Source: Squalus acanthias
Taxonomy: Eukaryota
Direction of reading: 5' to 3'
DNA length: 64,000 nucleotides
Assembly: GCA_030390025.1 (NCBI GenBank)
Contig: CM059432.1
Coordinates: forward strand, 2,976,001-3,040,000
The notes beneath the pieces were generated by a model. The model did no database searches, was not told where the DNA came from, and saw only the letters and a list, made by a program, of their open reading frames with translations. This document shows, in pieces, positions 51,528 to 64,000 of this stretch (the stretch's first letter is position 1; every line of letters starts with the position of its first letter). The translations under genes and the position numbers were made by a program.

Positions 51528-52118
51528 ATAGAAACATAGAAGATAGGAGCAGGAGTAGGCCATTCGGCCCCTCGAGCCTGCTCCGCCATTCAATGAGATC
51601 ATGGCTGATCATCCAAACTCAGTACCCTGTACCTGCCTTCTCCCCATATCCCTTGATACCTTTAGCTTTAAGAAATATATCTAACTCATCCTTGAATATA
51701 TTTAATGACTCAGCCTCAACTGCTTTCTGCGGTAGAGAATTCCACAGGTTCACCACTCTCTGGGTGAAGAAATTCTTCCTCATTTCTGTCCTAAATGGCT
51801 TACCCCGTTATCCTTAGACTGTGACCCCTGGTTCTGGACTCTCCGACCATCGTGAACATTCTTCCTGCATCTAGTTTGTCCAGACCTGTCAGAATTTTAT
51901 ATGTTTCGATGAGATCCCCTCTCATTCTTCTATACTCCAGCGAGTATAAGCCCAATCGACCCAATCTCTCCTCATATGTCATTCCTGCCATCCCAGGTAT
52001 CAGCCTTGTGAATCTTCGCTGAACTCCTTCCATGGCAAGAACATCCTTCCTCAGATAAGGCGACCAAAACTGCACACAGTACTCAAGGTGTGGTCTCACC
52101 AAGGTCCTGTACAACTGC
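51528..52118 (-). mobile_element. CR1 3' fragment abutting an L2 tail (52120-52427, +)
   Basis: ORF 51800-52216 (LVRPHLEYCVQFWSP). Near-identical to 6371-6960. Confidence 0.88.
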
Positions 52119-52851
52119 AGAGATCTCTGCCCTCCTCCAATTCTGGCTTCTTGCGCATTCCCCGATTTTAATCGCTCCACCATTGGCGGCCGTGCCTTCA
52201 GCTGCCTGGGCCCCAAGCTCTGGAATTCCCTCCCTAAACCTCTCCGCCTCTCTCTCCTCCTTTAAGATGCTCCTTAAAACCTCCCTCTTTGACCAAGCTT
52301 TTGGTCACCTGCCCTAATATCTCCTCCTGTGGCTCGATGTCAACTTTTGTTTGATAATCGCTCCTGTGAAGCGCCTTGGGACGTTTTACTATGTTAAAGG
52401 CGCTGTATAAATACAAGTTGTTGTTGCATTAAGCGCCTGTACAATAATTTAGCTGGCAGTCATTTCTAGCCTCTAGCAACCAGCCGTGGTTCTGAGTGCA
52501 CATGAAAATCTTTCCTATAAATAGCAATCTGAGGTAATAGGTCATCCCTGTACAAACGGTGTCTCACAATTATTGAGAAAATCGATTTTCTCGAGCTAAA
52601 TAGAAGCTGCCCTCTTCTGCCATCCTGGTGTTATCTCATGACAGCTTCTTGAGATCCTTTGGGGGGGAATTTTAACCCAAAAACACAGTTGGGTTGGGGG
52701 TCAGGTGGGAAGTTAAAGTGTTAAAAGACTGAATCCCGGCTCCAACCCGCCTCATTCCGGTTTTAACGGAGGCGGGACGGAAGCCAATCCAACACCAGGA
52801 GGAGGGTCGTTCATCCAATTATTATAATGAGGCTGCCATGCCTCAGATTTA

Positions 52852-53124
52852 GGGCTGGATTTTGTCTTGGGGTCGGGTTGGGGTCGTGTAATCCGCATTT
52901 CGTCTTTCCCCCCCGACTCCAGATTAATGTGGATGCCTGATGCAATTTTCACTTAATTGGGCAATTGAGTTCCAGCACGTGGGAACCCATGAACCAGTTA
53001 GTGTTTTCAGTCTGAAAGTCGCCTCTGATGATGTCATCATTGCTGACTGCCTAGTCTCAGAGACTGTTGGTGAGAGAGGACTGCCTGGCTTTTGATGTGA
53101 GTGGACCTGGATGCAAAAATGGGG

Positions 53125-53165
<41 letters not shown>

Positions 53166-53578
53166 CTCCCAGGCAGTCTCAGAAGACATTCAATGCAGCA
53201 GCATCAGAGGCAACTTTCAGACCTAATACTCCTACTACCTTCATCACATCTCCGTTGTAATAGTGGACCTGCAGCTGATAGTCAGCTATCCACTTGTGCT
53301 CCCGCCAGGTTTCACTGGAGTGTTTCACACCAGGCGTGCTTCACGTCAGAAGAGGGTTAAACTAGCTACAGCGTTTCAAAATAGCATTACAGAGCCAATT
53401 TAGAGCTTGTTAAGGGCTTTAATGGCCTCTCCCGCCTCTTGAAGGCGGGACGGAGTCGGGAACCCCGCGACTGATTATGTCAAAATTGCGTGGAGGCGGG
53501 TTGGAAACCCCGACCCCGCAAATTTAACCCCCCACACGCCTCCAAACCCGACTCCATGGGTCATTCAAAATCCAGCCC
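52852..53578. mobile_element. Harbinger-like MITE nested in an older TIR element (about 52660-54243)
   Basis: Perfect 13-bp TIR GGGCTGGATTTTG, TSD TTA, internal (GA)n. Inverted copy of 18175-18928. Confidence 0.88.
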
Positions 53579-55508
53579 TTAACCTCCATCTTAAACTTAA
53601 CTGTAGCAGATTGGGTTTTGCAGGCCTCGTGAAACCTGCTAAAGTAAGCTGGATCCAGGAGGTAGGTGCCTTTACACTGACCTCCCGGATCCAGAACCCC
53701 TACCTAACCCAGCCCCCGTGATCGGACACCCACCCACGAGGCCTACCTCCATGCTCCTCCAGCCCCCCGCTCTGTTGCTCCTGCCCCCCCGATGATCACC
53801 CCGGCCCCCTATGCTGCTCCTGGCACCCCCAAAGATCAAACGCTCCCCCCCACACCCCGCTCCTCCGATGCCCACCTGCCCCCCCCCCCCCCAACGCTGC
53901 TCCTCCGGTCCACAGATCGATTCTGACCCCCACCCCCCCACCCCTCCTTCATCCCCTGATCGGTCCCGACCGTCCCCCCTGCTCCTCTGGCCCTCCCTGT
54001 GCTCTTCCACACCCCCCTCCCCACGCGACCCCTCCCTCCCTCCCTCCTCTCTGCGGCCTAGTGCCGCAGGCCTACCCGCCCGCAGCCAGCCAGCTCCTCG
54101 ACCTGGCCGGCTGTGGGTGAGGAACAGAGAAATTTTCCCCTGTAAAATTAGGCTCTGCCGTTAAAGTGGGCTGGACCTGCGGGAAACCCGGGATTCCTGA
54201 CCGCTTCCGAGCCCCGCCCCACCTTCCAATTAAAATTCAGGCCTTTGGGTTGATGGCGACAGCCTGAACTCTTTGGGAAAGATGAAAGCAAACCTGGGCT
54301 GACCCTTCTTTAACCTCAATGTGTTTGGATCCAATTTCAACATCTGTTCCTGACCTACCAATTAGATGTTGTACCTGCTGCCACGAGACATTGCTGCTCT
54401 TTTCGCCCTCATCCATCATAAAGAGGAGGGATTACTGGACAAGTAAAACCACTCAAGTTGGAATGTCTGGCGTTACTTTCAAGGTCTTGGCTTTTACCCT
54501 TCAGCTGTTAGTCCAAGGTCCTAGGGGGTGAATTTCCAATCGGGGTTAACCCGGGCGGCAGACAGCTTCCGTTGAAGTTACAGGTGGTGAGTGGGAGAAT
54601 CCCCACAGGGATTTACCCCCATTGGGTTTCCAAGTGACGCGTCATTCAATATTAGCATTTACGTAGAATTTTACAGCACAGAATCCGGCCATTCGGCCCA
54701 ACTGGTCCGTGCCGGTGTTTAGAAACATGGAAAAATAGGAGCAGGATTCGGCCCTTCGAGCCTGCTCCGCCATTCAGTATGACCATGGCTGATCCTCTAT
54801 CTCAATACCATATTCCCGCTCCCTCCCCATACCCCTTGTGTCTAGAAATCTAGCTATCTCCTTCTTAAATGCTCCACACGAGCCTCCTCCCATCCCTCGC
54901 CATCTCACCCTATCAACATATCCTTCTATTCCTTTCTCCCTCATGTGCCGATCTCGCTTCCCCTTAAATGCATCTGTGCTATTCGCCTCAACCACTCCCT
55001 GTGGGAGCGAGTTCCACATTCTCACCACTCTCTGGGGAAAGAAGTTTCTCCTGAATTCCCTATTGGATTTATGAGTGACTATCTTATATTTATGGACAAG
55101 TTGAAACATCTTCTCTACGTCTACCCTATCAAAACCCTTTCATAATCTTGAAAACCTCTGTCCGGTCACCCCTCCTCAGCCTTTTCTCGAGCAATGAGAA
55201 GAGTTCCAGCCTGTTCCATCTTTTGAACAGATTTAGGTTTTGGTCATTTTTTTGGGTTGATGGTGGAATTCCGATGAAATTTCCAGAAGGTATCTCGCTG
55301 AACCTGAACATTAATCCTCAAGAGGTTTATTTTGTAAGACTAACATTCCTACAGTTGCGAGTAGGCCGCGCTCGCTGTTCAGGTATCTACAGTACTGGCG
55401 CACACCTCCTTTTCTGTCTCTCACACCACGGGCTCCGTTAACTAGGGATGACTTAGTTGGAAAGGCAGCAGAATGAATCCAAGTACATAATGTCAAAATA
55501 GAATTCGT

Positions 55509-55514
55509 TTTATT
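55509..55514 (-). terminator. Candidate CHST9 polyadenylation signal
   Basis: AATAAA on the minus strand about 1.8 kb after the CHST9 stop, near the end of the mostly unique 3' region. Confidence 0.25.
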
Positions 55515-57345
55515 TCATATTCACCAGTAGTATTGGAAAACCAACAGTGTCGATTCCACATTCGTGATCAGGTTCAAACCCTCGCACGATTCACCCTGTG
55601 TGTTACATATCCACTGTAATCCAGAGTAATGAACCCAATCCTATGTACACGTTTAGACCGAGATTATCCCTCCGCCATCTGGCCCCCCCAAGTCAGATAG
55701 GATAATGTCGGAAGCAGCGGGAGATTCGGGCGATGAGGGTGTCCCAATCCTGATTGTCCTCTCCCTGCCCTCCTCTCCCACCCCACTTCCTGCCCTCCAC
55801 ATGTAAATGCTGTCGGGAGGCAGGACCGCACAATTTCCCGTATCTGCTGCCCCCGCCTCCCCCCTCCCCCCGTCTCTGCCGACCCCAGGGATCGCCAGGA
55901 GACCACCAGCGGGTAGTCCCTGGGGTAGCAGCGGCAATATGTCCAAGTAGTGGCTTCATCCCCCTCCGCAATGGCCCCAAAAAAACCTACCCGTTGAAGG
56001 CCGATGTCCAGTCCAAGGCATTCGGTTAAAAAAAAAATGTTGCTGCAGTCTTTGGGACTCTCTGGCCCCTTTAAGGCTCGTCTCCTTCCTATTCTGGTGC
56101 TGCATTGGGCGTTCCCCTGCTTTACTAATCAGCTCCACCCCTGGAACATTGGGTTGCTGGAGCAGATGGAGGTCCTTCCATAACCCTGTCAGCGCAGGAC
56201 TAAGAAGATGCATCTCTTAGCGTTGCCATCACTTCTGTGCACCAGGACGTAAAAATTATACTCGAATATGATGAAACAGTAACAAGTGAGCGTCTAAGAG
56301 CCTATTTACATGTTGGGCTGACATACTTTCCACACTATGGCTGCCATTTTCCCCACGAGAGTGCAGCCGAAGGATTGGCCACACATTTTGGACGGGTAAT
56401 TGGGGAAACTATTTCCCACTCCCCTCAGCTGATGACGGAGACGTTAAGAGACACATCAGGTTATTCAAAGATGTCCCCGCTCCCCCCCACCACCCATCCC
56501 AACCTAATGGAAAGAAGGGCTGTGAACACTGGTCAATTTTGCTGTCTGTACATTGGATGGTGGAGTGGAATCACAGCCAAGACGTTGCCACGGTGATCTC
56601 CTGAGCATTGCTGGATTAACTTTATGAACTACCCTGGGCAGGCCACATGCGTCCATTTTTAAAGGGCCCTGTTCCTCCCTAGCTGCTCGCATTATAATCC
56701 TACAGCCTCAGCAACGAGAGAGAATGGAATGAAACCTTGATTTCCAACCAAATTTTTTGATCCCCGCCCTTAATTTTCTCCACCTTTTTCCTCTTCTCTT
56801 CTGAATACGCTGATTCTTGCCAGGGGGGGACTGGAAAGTCCCCCTTACCTCACTAAAATGGCTGTTCGTCACGCGAGTGTTCCCGACAGCCGAGTGCGGG
56901 GAGGCTATTTAACTGTAGAGGGCATCATAGATCCGTCTTCCCTCAATGTTTTGACAGGCGTGTACCTTCCAGCAGGAGGCACTACAGAGCAAGGGCAAAC
57001 GTTGTCTTCCCAAGTCCAGGAATGCCGAGACCAAAATGTAACGTCCCAACCGGGATTTGTCCAATCAGTAGGGACTGGGGTTCGAGTCCTTGACCTTCTG
57101 ACCTGTATGGCTTTAGTACCACACCGTACGGTGTATTTGTCCATGAACCCATTAGGGGGGCTCACCCTTTCTTTTTCCGTCTCCTGTTACGCCAGCTAAT
57201 AAAGTGAGAAAAGTTACAAATATCATTGGAGGCTTAACCTCCAAACATTATTCCAAGTCCGTAACAACATATCAAAATAAGTTCTACATCACAAAATATA
57301 TTAAGATCTGTTGATAAATTACTTTCTCCCCACGTCTGATGCCCG

Positions 57346-58420
57346 TCAAAAATGTGGCTTAGAATAGTTAAACATTAGGTAGTCCAGGTAATAAAAGTTA
57401 TAAATCTTCTGCCTTTCCAAAGGGGATACTTGTGCTAGATATTGCTCAACCACAGCAGAGGTAGTCCGCTCATCGCTGGAGTGCCTGTCTTTGAAACTAG
57501 GGAACTGGAGTCCCAGAGGGGCACCGATCAGCTTCAGAAAGTAGTTAGCATCATTCTCCAAGTTCTCAAACTTTCCAATAAAGTCATAATTAATTAGGCA
57601 GGGGGAGCAAAGCTTACTGATTTGCTCCCAGTGAATGTCCATCCCGACGGGCTTCTGTGGGTCCAAGAGGTAGTGAACAAACTCCCTGAAAGTCACCCCT
57701 GATCCTGTTTTTAGGGCCTCGGCGCTAGCGTTGGTTCTGTACTTCTTCAAGATTGCCTTGCCAAACACAGGGATGGTAATAGCTGTTCGGGTGCTCGAAC
57801 TTGTCCCGGAAAGCCGACACCAGCCTCTCCATCGGGTCCCTCACAAACAAAACCTTCGTGAAGGTATTCAAGAGCTCGTAGGCCTCCTTAAGGTTGTAGC
57901 TGTCCAGCTTCTGAAGGCGCTTGCCGTAGTGCACAAAGTCGTGCGAGATATTGTGGGGCGACGAGGCTAGACCATTCAGCACCATCAAGATACGCTTCCA
58001 GTTCGAGCAGCCGGCTTTAGGCACCTCACAATACAGCAGCTTGTGTTTGTCCTCCACGTAAACCCGAGACACCAGGCGGATCAAGGAGGTCCTGTGCCTA
58101 TTGATGTAATATTTCTTACAGAAGTCGGTGAGGAAGCGTTTCCTTCGCTCCTGAACGTCATCGGTCACCAGACTCCTGTTCAAGAGATGAAACATTGGCG
58201 GGTTATTAATCGGCTCCAAGAACCTCTTCAGCAACAGATTCCGCATCTTTTTCTGTTGGGACAACCTCTTCTTGAGCGAATCACCGGCTTCCCCAAAGGG
58301 GTACGTGGTGGGCTTTGAAGCAGTCCCATTGCTAACTTCCGCAACACGGTAACCCGCAACTTGTGCGGTCCTGAAACTCGTGCGATCCTTTCCTGGGTTT
58401 TTAGTTGGTTTATTCCAGGC
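57346..58420 (-). CDS. CHST9: Carbohydrate sulfotransferase 9 (GalNAc-4-O-sulfotransferase 2), terminal catalytic exon; apparent 1-nt insertion at 57770-57772
   Basis: TTTTATAG acceptor at 58422-58421, phase 0. Contains 5'-PSB motif [13 protein letters not shown], 3'-PB motif [22 protein letters not shown](V)FGKAI and [11 protein letters not shown]...[11 protein letters not shown]. Synteny with AQP4 favours CHST9 over the paralogue CHST8. Upstream exons are not in the window. Confidence 0.92.
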
Positions 58421-58509
58421 CTATAAAAGAAAATAAAACAAAGTTAAGCTAAAGGGAAAGTCGAACGAATGATTGTAGAAAGCCAGAAGTGACACCTGGA
58501 GTAATATCA

Positions 58510-58990
58510 GATTTACCAGAATGGTACCGGGGATGAGGGACTTCAGTTACATGGAGAGACTGAGAGAAGCTGGGATTGTTCTCCTTAGAGCAGAGAAGGT
58601 TAAGGGGAGGTTTTTTGATAGAGGTTTTCAAAATTATGAAGAGTTCTGAAAGAGTAAATAAAGGAGAAACTGTTTCCAGTGGCAGGAGGGTCGGTAACCA
58701 GAGGACACAGACTTAAGGGAATTGGCAAAAGAACCAGAGGGGAGATGAGGAGAATTTTTTTATGCAGCGAGTTGTTGTGATCTGGAACGCGCTGCCTGAA
58801 AGGGCGGTGGAAGCAGATTCAATAGTAACTTTCAAAAGGGAATCGGATAAATACTTGAAGGGGGAAAATTTGCAGGGCTGTGGGGAAAAAGCGAGGAGAG
58901 GGGGGCTAATTTTGGAGAGCTCGTTCAAAGAGCCGGCACAGGCATGATGGGCTGATAGGCCTCCTTCTGGGCTGTACGATTCTACGATCA
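58510..58990 (+). mobile_element. CR1 3' fragment in the CHST9 intron
   Basis: CR1 C-terminal motifs and a 3' hairpin with TTCTACGA tail. Confidence 0.85.
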
Positions 58991-60011
58991 TTTTAATTAA
59001 CTTCACAATTTAATACCTGTCTTGGAACTTTGGCCGGGATTTTAACTCGAGTTTCCGGTGGGAATCCGCGTTGGCGAGTGACTGGGCAATTTTAACGACC
59101 AGACCTTATGGAAGTCCCGGCGTTCCCAACCCATCCCGAAACCCGCTCGCCGAGACCAGATGAGGGGCGGGATCGGTGTGCCCCGGGCCGTCTCGTGGTC
59201 GGGGGGGAGGGTGGTGTGAGACCGCGGCGGGAGGAAGATCCGAGCATTCCTGGCGGGGCCTGGAGGAGCACTCCTGCTCTCCCTGACCTCCCCTCCCAAA
59301 GAAAGCCATTAAAAAAGTAGTTTTTTTTTTATATAAACATACATTTTCGGGCCTTTATCGCCTCACCGTTGGGTTGGCCTGGAGGAACCCACTGCGGCTT
59401 CTCGCTCACACCGGGAGTTAAAATTGCCATCAGGTCCCGATGAAGTCTTCGAGACTTGATGTGCATATGAAAAGAGGAAGAAAAAAAAAAGAGAAGCGAG
59501 GGAAGGAAGGAAGGAATTAATTAATTACATTTTACAGCGCCTTTCACATCATCAGGACGGTCCCAAAGCGCTTTACAGCCAATTAAGTACTTTTTGAAGT
59601 GCAGTCACTGTTGTAATGTGGGAAACACGGCAGCCAATTTTCACACAGCAAGCTCCCACAAACAGCAATATGATAATGACCAGATCATCTGCTTTCAGTG
59701 ATGTTGGTTGAGGGATAAATATTGGCCCCAGGACACCGGGGAGAACTCCCCTGCTCTTCTTCGAAATAGTGGCCATGGGATCGTTTACGCCCACCATAGA
59801 ACGACATAGCACAGGAGGAGGCCATTCAGCCCATCGTGTCTGTGCTGGCTCTTTGAAAGAGCTCTCCAATTAGTCCCACTACCCCCTGCTCTGCAAACTT
59901 TTCCCCTTCAAGTATTTATCCAATTGACATCGTTCCTAAAGTGCGGTGCCCATAATTGGCCACAATACTCCAGCTGGGGCCTATCCAGTGATTTATAAAG
60001 GTTTAGTATAA

Positions 60012-61076
60012 TCATAGAAAGAATCATAGAAATTTACGGCACAGAAGGAGGCCATTCGGCCCATTGTGTCTGTGCCGGCTGACAAAGAGCTATCCAGCCT
60101 AATCCCACTTTCCAGCTCTTGGTCCGTAGCCCTGTAGGTTACGGCACTTCAAGTGCACATCCAAGTACAGGAAACTCTTTATTAACCGGCACCGACAGGA
60201 CCGGCGTGGTGCCGGTTTATCAAAAAGTCCAGATAACGGAGAGTTATATCTACCAAGTTACGGGGAGCCCCGTACATGGCCACAGATCCAGGAGTCCCTG
60301 GTGCACGGCCACAGGTGCAGGAACCCCGGTCACATTAAAGAATTTCTGCATCTCCCTTCTTGTGACAGATCTTACAGCAATCTTACAGCGAGCATTCAGC
60401 AAAGACTTGGCCCATATAATGCTACGATCCAGTGCAGAGAGATGAAGGAAAACCCCGGTTACCTACTCAAGAATTTTGCCGGTTAAGAGAGATTTCCGGA
60501 TATTTGGGTGCCGGTTAATAAAGAGTTTCATGTAATTTTTAAATGCGATGAGGGTTTCTGCCTCTCCCACCTTTTCAGGCAGTGAGTTCCAGACCCCCAC
60601 CACCCTCTGGGTGAAAAAAGTTCTCCTCAACTCCCCTTTAATCCTTCCACCAATTACTTTAAATCTATGCCCCCTGGTTATTGGGCTCTCTGCTAAAGGA
60701 AACAGGTCCTTCCTATCCACTCTATCTAGGCCCCTCATAATTTTATACACCTCAATTAAGTCTCCCCTCAGCCTCCTCTGTTCCAAAGAAAACAACCCCA
60801 GCCTAGCCAATCTTTCCTCACAGCTAAAATTCTCCATAACTTCCTTGCTTTTGTACTCTATGCCTCGATTAGTAAATTCAAGCATCCTGTATGCCTTTTT
60901 AACAGCCTTCTCAACATGTCCTGCCACCTTCAAAGACTTGTGTACATACACCCCCAGGTCACTCTGTTCCTGCACTCCCCTTAAAATTGTACCATTTAGT
61001 TCATATGTCCTCTCATCACTCTTCTTACCAAAATGCATCACTTCACACTTTTCTGTGCTAAATTTCATCTGCCATG
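60012..61076 (-). mobile_element. CR1 3' fragment interrupted by a Tigger-like MITE
   Basis: ORF 60463-61182 (WQMKFSTEKCEVMHFG...FTQRVV) with the tail at about 60012-60035. Confidence 0.85.
60168..60532. mobile_element. Tc1/mariner (Tigger/pogo-like) MITE
   Basis: 26-bp TIR CAGGAAACTCTTTATTAACCGGCACC (1 mismatch) with a TA TSD on both sides. Confidence 0.88.
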
Positions 61077-61342
61077 TAAAGGTGTTCCTGCTCACGAACC
61101 CACATATCCATCCCCAAATCCCAGGCCAGATCTCTACAGACACCCAGCGGACACCAGCTTGAGAACCACTGATGCGACACACCCATTAAGTTCAATTACC
61201 TTTTGGCTTTGGTCCCGTTGAATCTTGTAGCTCAATACTAAAAAAGAACACAAGATAAGTGTTAATTCTCATGGAAACATAATCGGCAACAACAGAAGTG
61301 AAATCATCAGGACAAAATCAATTGGTGCCGGAGGTTACATTA

Positions 61343-62106
61343 TGGCCCGGATACTGCGGGAGAAATAACGTCGGCGCTCACGGTTATTACGGAGTAAATC
61401 GGACAGCAATACTTCCGGCGTCCGAACATGCGCGGTTAAACGCGGAAATTGGGAAGTTGCTGTCCGAGTTGCCCTGCTCCTCCACAAGCTTCGTTACACC
61501 GGCACCTCGCCGAGAGGCTCGGCAACGAAACACACGAAGGACGTGAGGTTGCGGTACTTACCCACGAGATACTCACTAAACACCCCAGAAAAAAAGTTAG
61601 GGCTTGTCCATTCACGCGTCAGTGAATTTTTAATGGCATGATAAGTTCTAATTACTGCCAAACAACCGCTCTGGCACTGAAAATTAACTTTTACAAGTGC
61701 GGAGTCTCATTCCTTCAGATTTTAATTATTGTTGGAGATTTTAAAATGTTTTAAAACTTTTTCTTTGTCTCTTTTATCTCCCTCTCTTAAACCCATATTT
61801 CTTTCCCTCTCTTTATTTCGCTTTCTGTACATGATTTTACATTGAATTAAGTATTCTAACTCACACTTCCTGGTTTGGACTCTGCGTGTCTCAATAAGAA
61901 TTCTTCAATCTGATTGGTTGAGGAGACCAGCTATTGCTTTCCCTGTTCACACAGGTCCCAGATCCCCTGTAGAGGGCGCAGTACTGAAATGACTCTCAAA
62001 TTACCGTAAATTGCCACACAAAAGCCCACTAAAATGCAATGGACAGCGGTAAGGGTGATGAACGGTGAGTGCCGTTCATTCACCGCTGACAGCAAAATCC
62101 GGGCCA
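61343..62106. mobile_element. Harbinger-like non-autonomous element
   Basis: TIRs TGGCCCGGAT and ATCCGGGCCA with TSD TTA. A diverged inverted relative lies at about 100-690. Confidence 0.78.
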
Positions 62107-62256
62107 TTATTCTCACCCGCAGTGAAATTCCTGGTTAGGTGTCAGCCAGTGGCTCGGTAGGTAGCACTCTCGCCTCTAAGTCAGAAGGTTGTGGGTTCAA
62201 GTCCCACTCCAGAGACTCGAGCACAAAAATCTAGGCTGACACTCCCAGTGCAGTAC

Positions 62257-64000
62257 AGAAACATAGAAAAATAGGAGCAGGAGTAGTCCATTCGGCCCTT
62301 CGAGCCTGCTCCGCCATTCAATATGATCATGGCTGATCCTCTATCTCAATACCATATTCCCGCTCTCTCCCCATACCCCTTGATGCCTTTTGTGTCTAGA
62401 AATCTATCTATTTCCTTCTTAAATATATTCAGTGACTTGGCCTCCACAGCCTTCTGTGGTAGAGAATTCACCAGGTTCACCACCCTCTGAGTGAAGAAGT
62501 TTCTCCTCATCTCAGTCCTAAATGTCCTACCCCATATCCTGAGACTGTGACCCCTCGTTCTAGACCCCCCAGCCAGGGGAAACATCCTCCCTGCATCCAG
62601 TCTGTCTAGCCCTGTCAGAATTTTATACATTTCAATTAGATCCCCTCTCATTCTTCTAAACTCCAGTGAATACAGGCCTAGTTGACCCAATCTCTCCTCA
62701 TACGACAGTTCTGCCATCCCAGGAATCAGTCTGGTGAACCTTCGCTGCACTCCCTCTATGGCAAATATATCCTTTCTTAGGTAAGGAGACCAAAACTACA
62801 CACAGTACTCCAGGTGTGGTCTCACCAAGGCCCTGTATAACTGTAGTAAGACATCCTTGCTCCTGTACTCAAATCCTCTTGCAATGGAGGCCAACATACC
62901 ATTTGCCTTCCTAACTGCTTGCTGCACCTGCATGTTTGCTTTCAGTGACTGGTGTACAAGGACACCCAGGTCCCTTTGTACATCAACATTTCCCAATCTA
63001 TCACTATTTAAATAATACTCTGCCTTTCTGTTTTTCCTACTGAAGTGGATAACTTCACATTTATCCACGTTATACTGCATCTGCCTTGCATTTGCCCACT
63101 CACTCAACTTGTCTAAATCGCCTTGAAGCCTCTTTGCATCCTCCTCACAACTCACAATCTCACCTAGTTTCGTGTCGTCAGCAAACTTGGAAATATTACA
63201 TTTGGTTCCCTCATCCATACATTGATATATATTGTGAATAGCTGGGGCCCAAGCACTGATCCCTGCGGTACCCCACTAGTCACCGCCTGCCACCCTGAAA
63301 AAGACTCATTTATTCCTACTCTGTTTCCTGTCTGTTAACCAATTTTCAATCCATGCCAGTATATTACCCCCAATCCCATGTGCTTTAATTTTGCACACTA
63401 ACCTCTTATGTGGGACTTTATCAAAGGCCTTCTGAAAATCCAAATACACCACATCCACTGGTTCTCCCTTATCTATTCTACCAGTTACATCCTCAAAAAA
63501 CTCCAGTCGGTTTGTCAAACACGATTTCCCTTTCATAAATCCATGTTGACTTTGTCTAATCCCGTTGATATTTTCTAAGTGTCCTGTTATCACATCCTTT
63601 ATAATAGACTCTAGCATTTTCCCTACTACTGATGTAGTTCCCGGTTTTCTCTCTCCCTCCTTTTTAAAAAAAATAGTGGGGTTACATTTGCCACCCTCCA
63701 ATCTGCAGGAACTAATCTATAGAATTTTGGAAGATGACAACCAATGCATCCACTATTTCCATGGCTACCTCTTTTAGTACTCTGGGATGCAGATTATCAG
63801 ACCCTGGGGATTTATCGGCTTTCAGTCCCATTAATTTCTCCAGCACTATTTTTTTACTAATACTAATTTCCTTTAATTCCTCCTTCTCACTAGACCCTTG
63901 ATTCCCTAGCATTTCTGGGAATTTATTTGTGTCCTCTTCCATGAAGACAGAACCAAAGTAATTGTTTAATTGCTCTCCATTTCCTTGTTCCCCATTATAA
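62257..64000 (-). mobile_element. CR1 LINE, degenerate ORF2, running off the window end
   Basis: ORFs 62346-62750, 62796-63218, 63306-63701 and 63712-63942. Confidence 0.92.

Noticed and set aside
57340..57348. CHST9 stop context TGA-CGG as a second readthrough site
   Set aside because: It is not the CUAG motif and I know of no conserved extension, so it is unsupported.

Overview
Eukaryotic (vertebrate) genomic DNA. The repeat families and protein divergence suggest a cartilaginous fish such as a shark (inference). The window holds two host genes on the minus strand, in the same order as in mammals. The first is a five-exon aquaporin-4 gene (AQP4; CDS about 11961-32078). The second is the large terminal catalytic exon of carbohydrate sulfotransferase 9 (CHST9; 57346-58420). 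Most of the remainder is transposon-derived: CR1 LINEs (one near full length), L2 fragments, a single-ORF LINE with a tRNA-like 5' head, Deu-type tRNA SINEs, Penelope remnants, and non-autonomous Harbinger-, hAT- and Tigger-like DNA elements, often nested. The most notable signal is that the AQP4 stop is TGA-CTAG followed by an open 29-codon extension ending PIKETDLL, matching the mammalian stop-codon-readthrough isoform AQP4ex. AQP4 also shows NPV instead of the first NPA motif and a 1-nt deletion in exon 3, and CHST9 has a 1-nt insertion. Both indels may be assembly errors.
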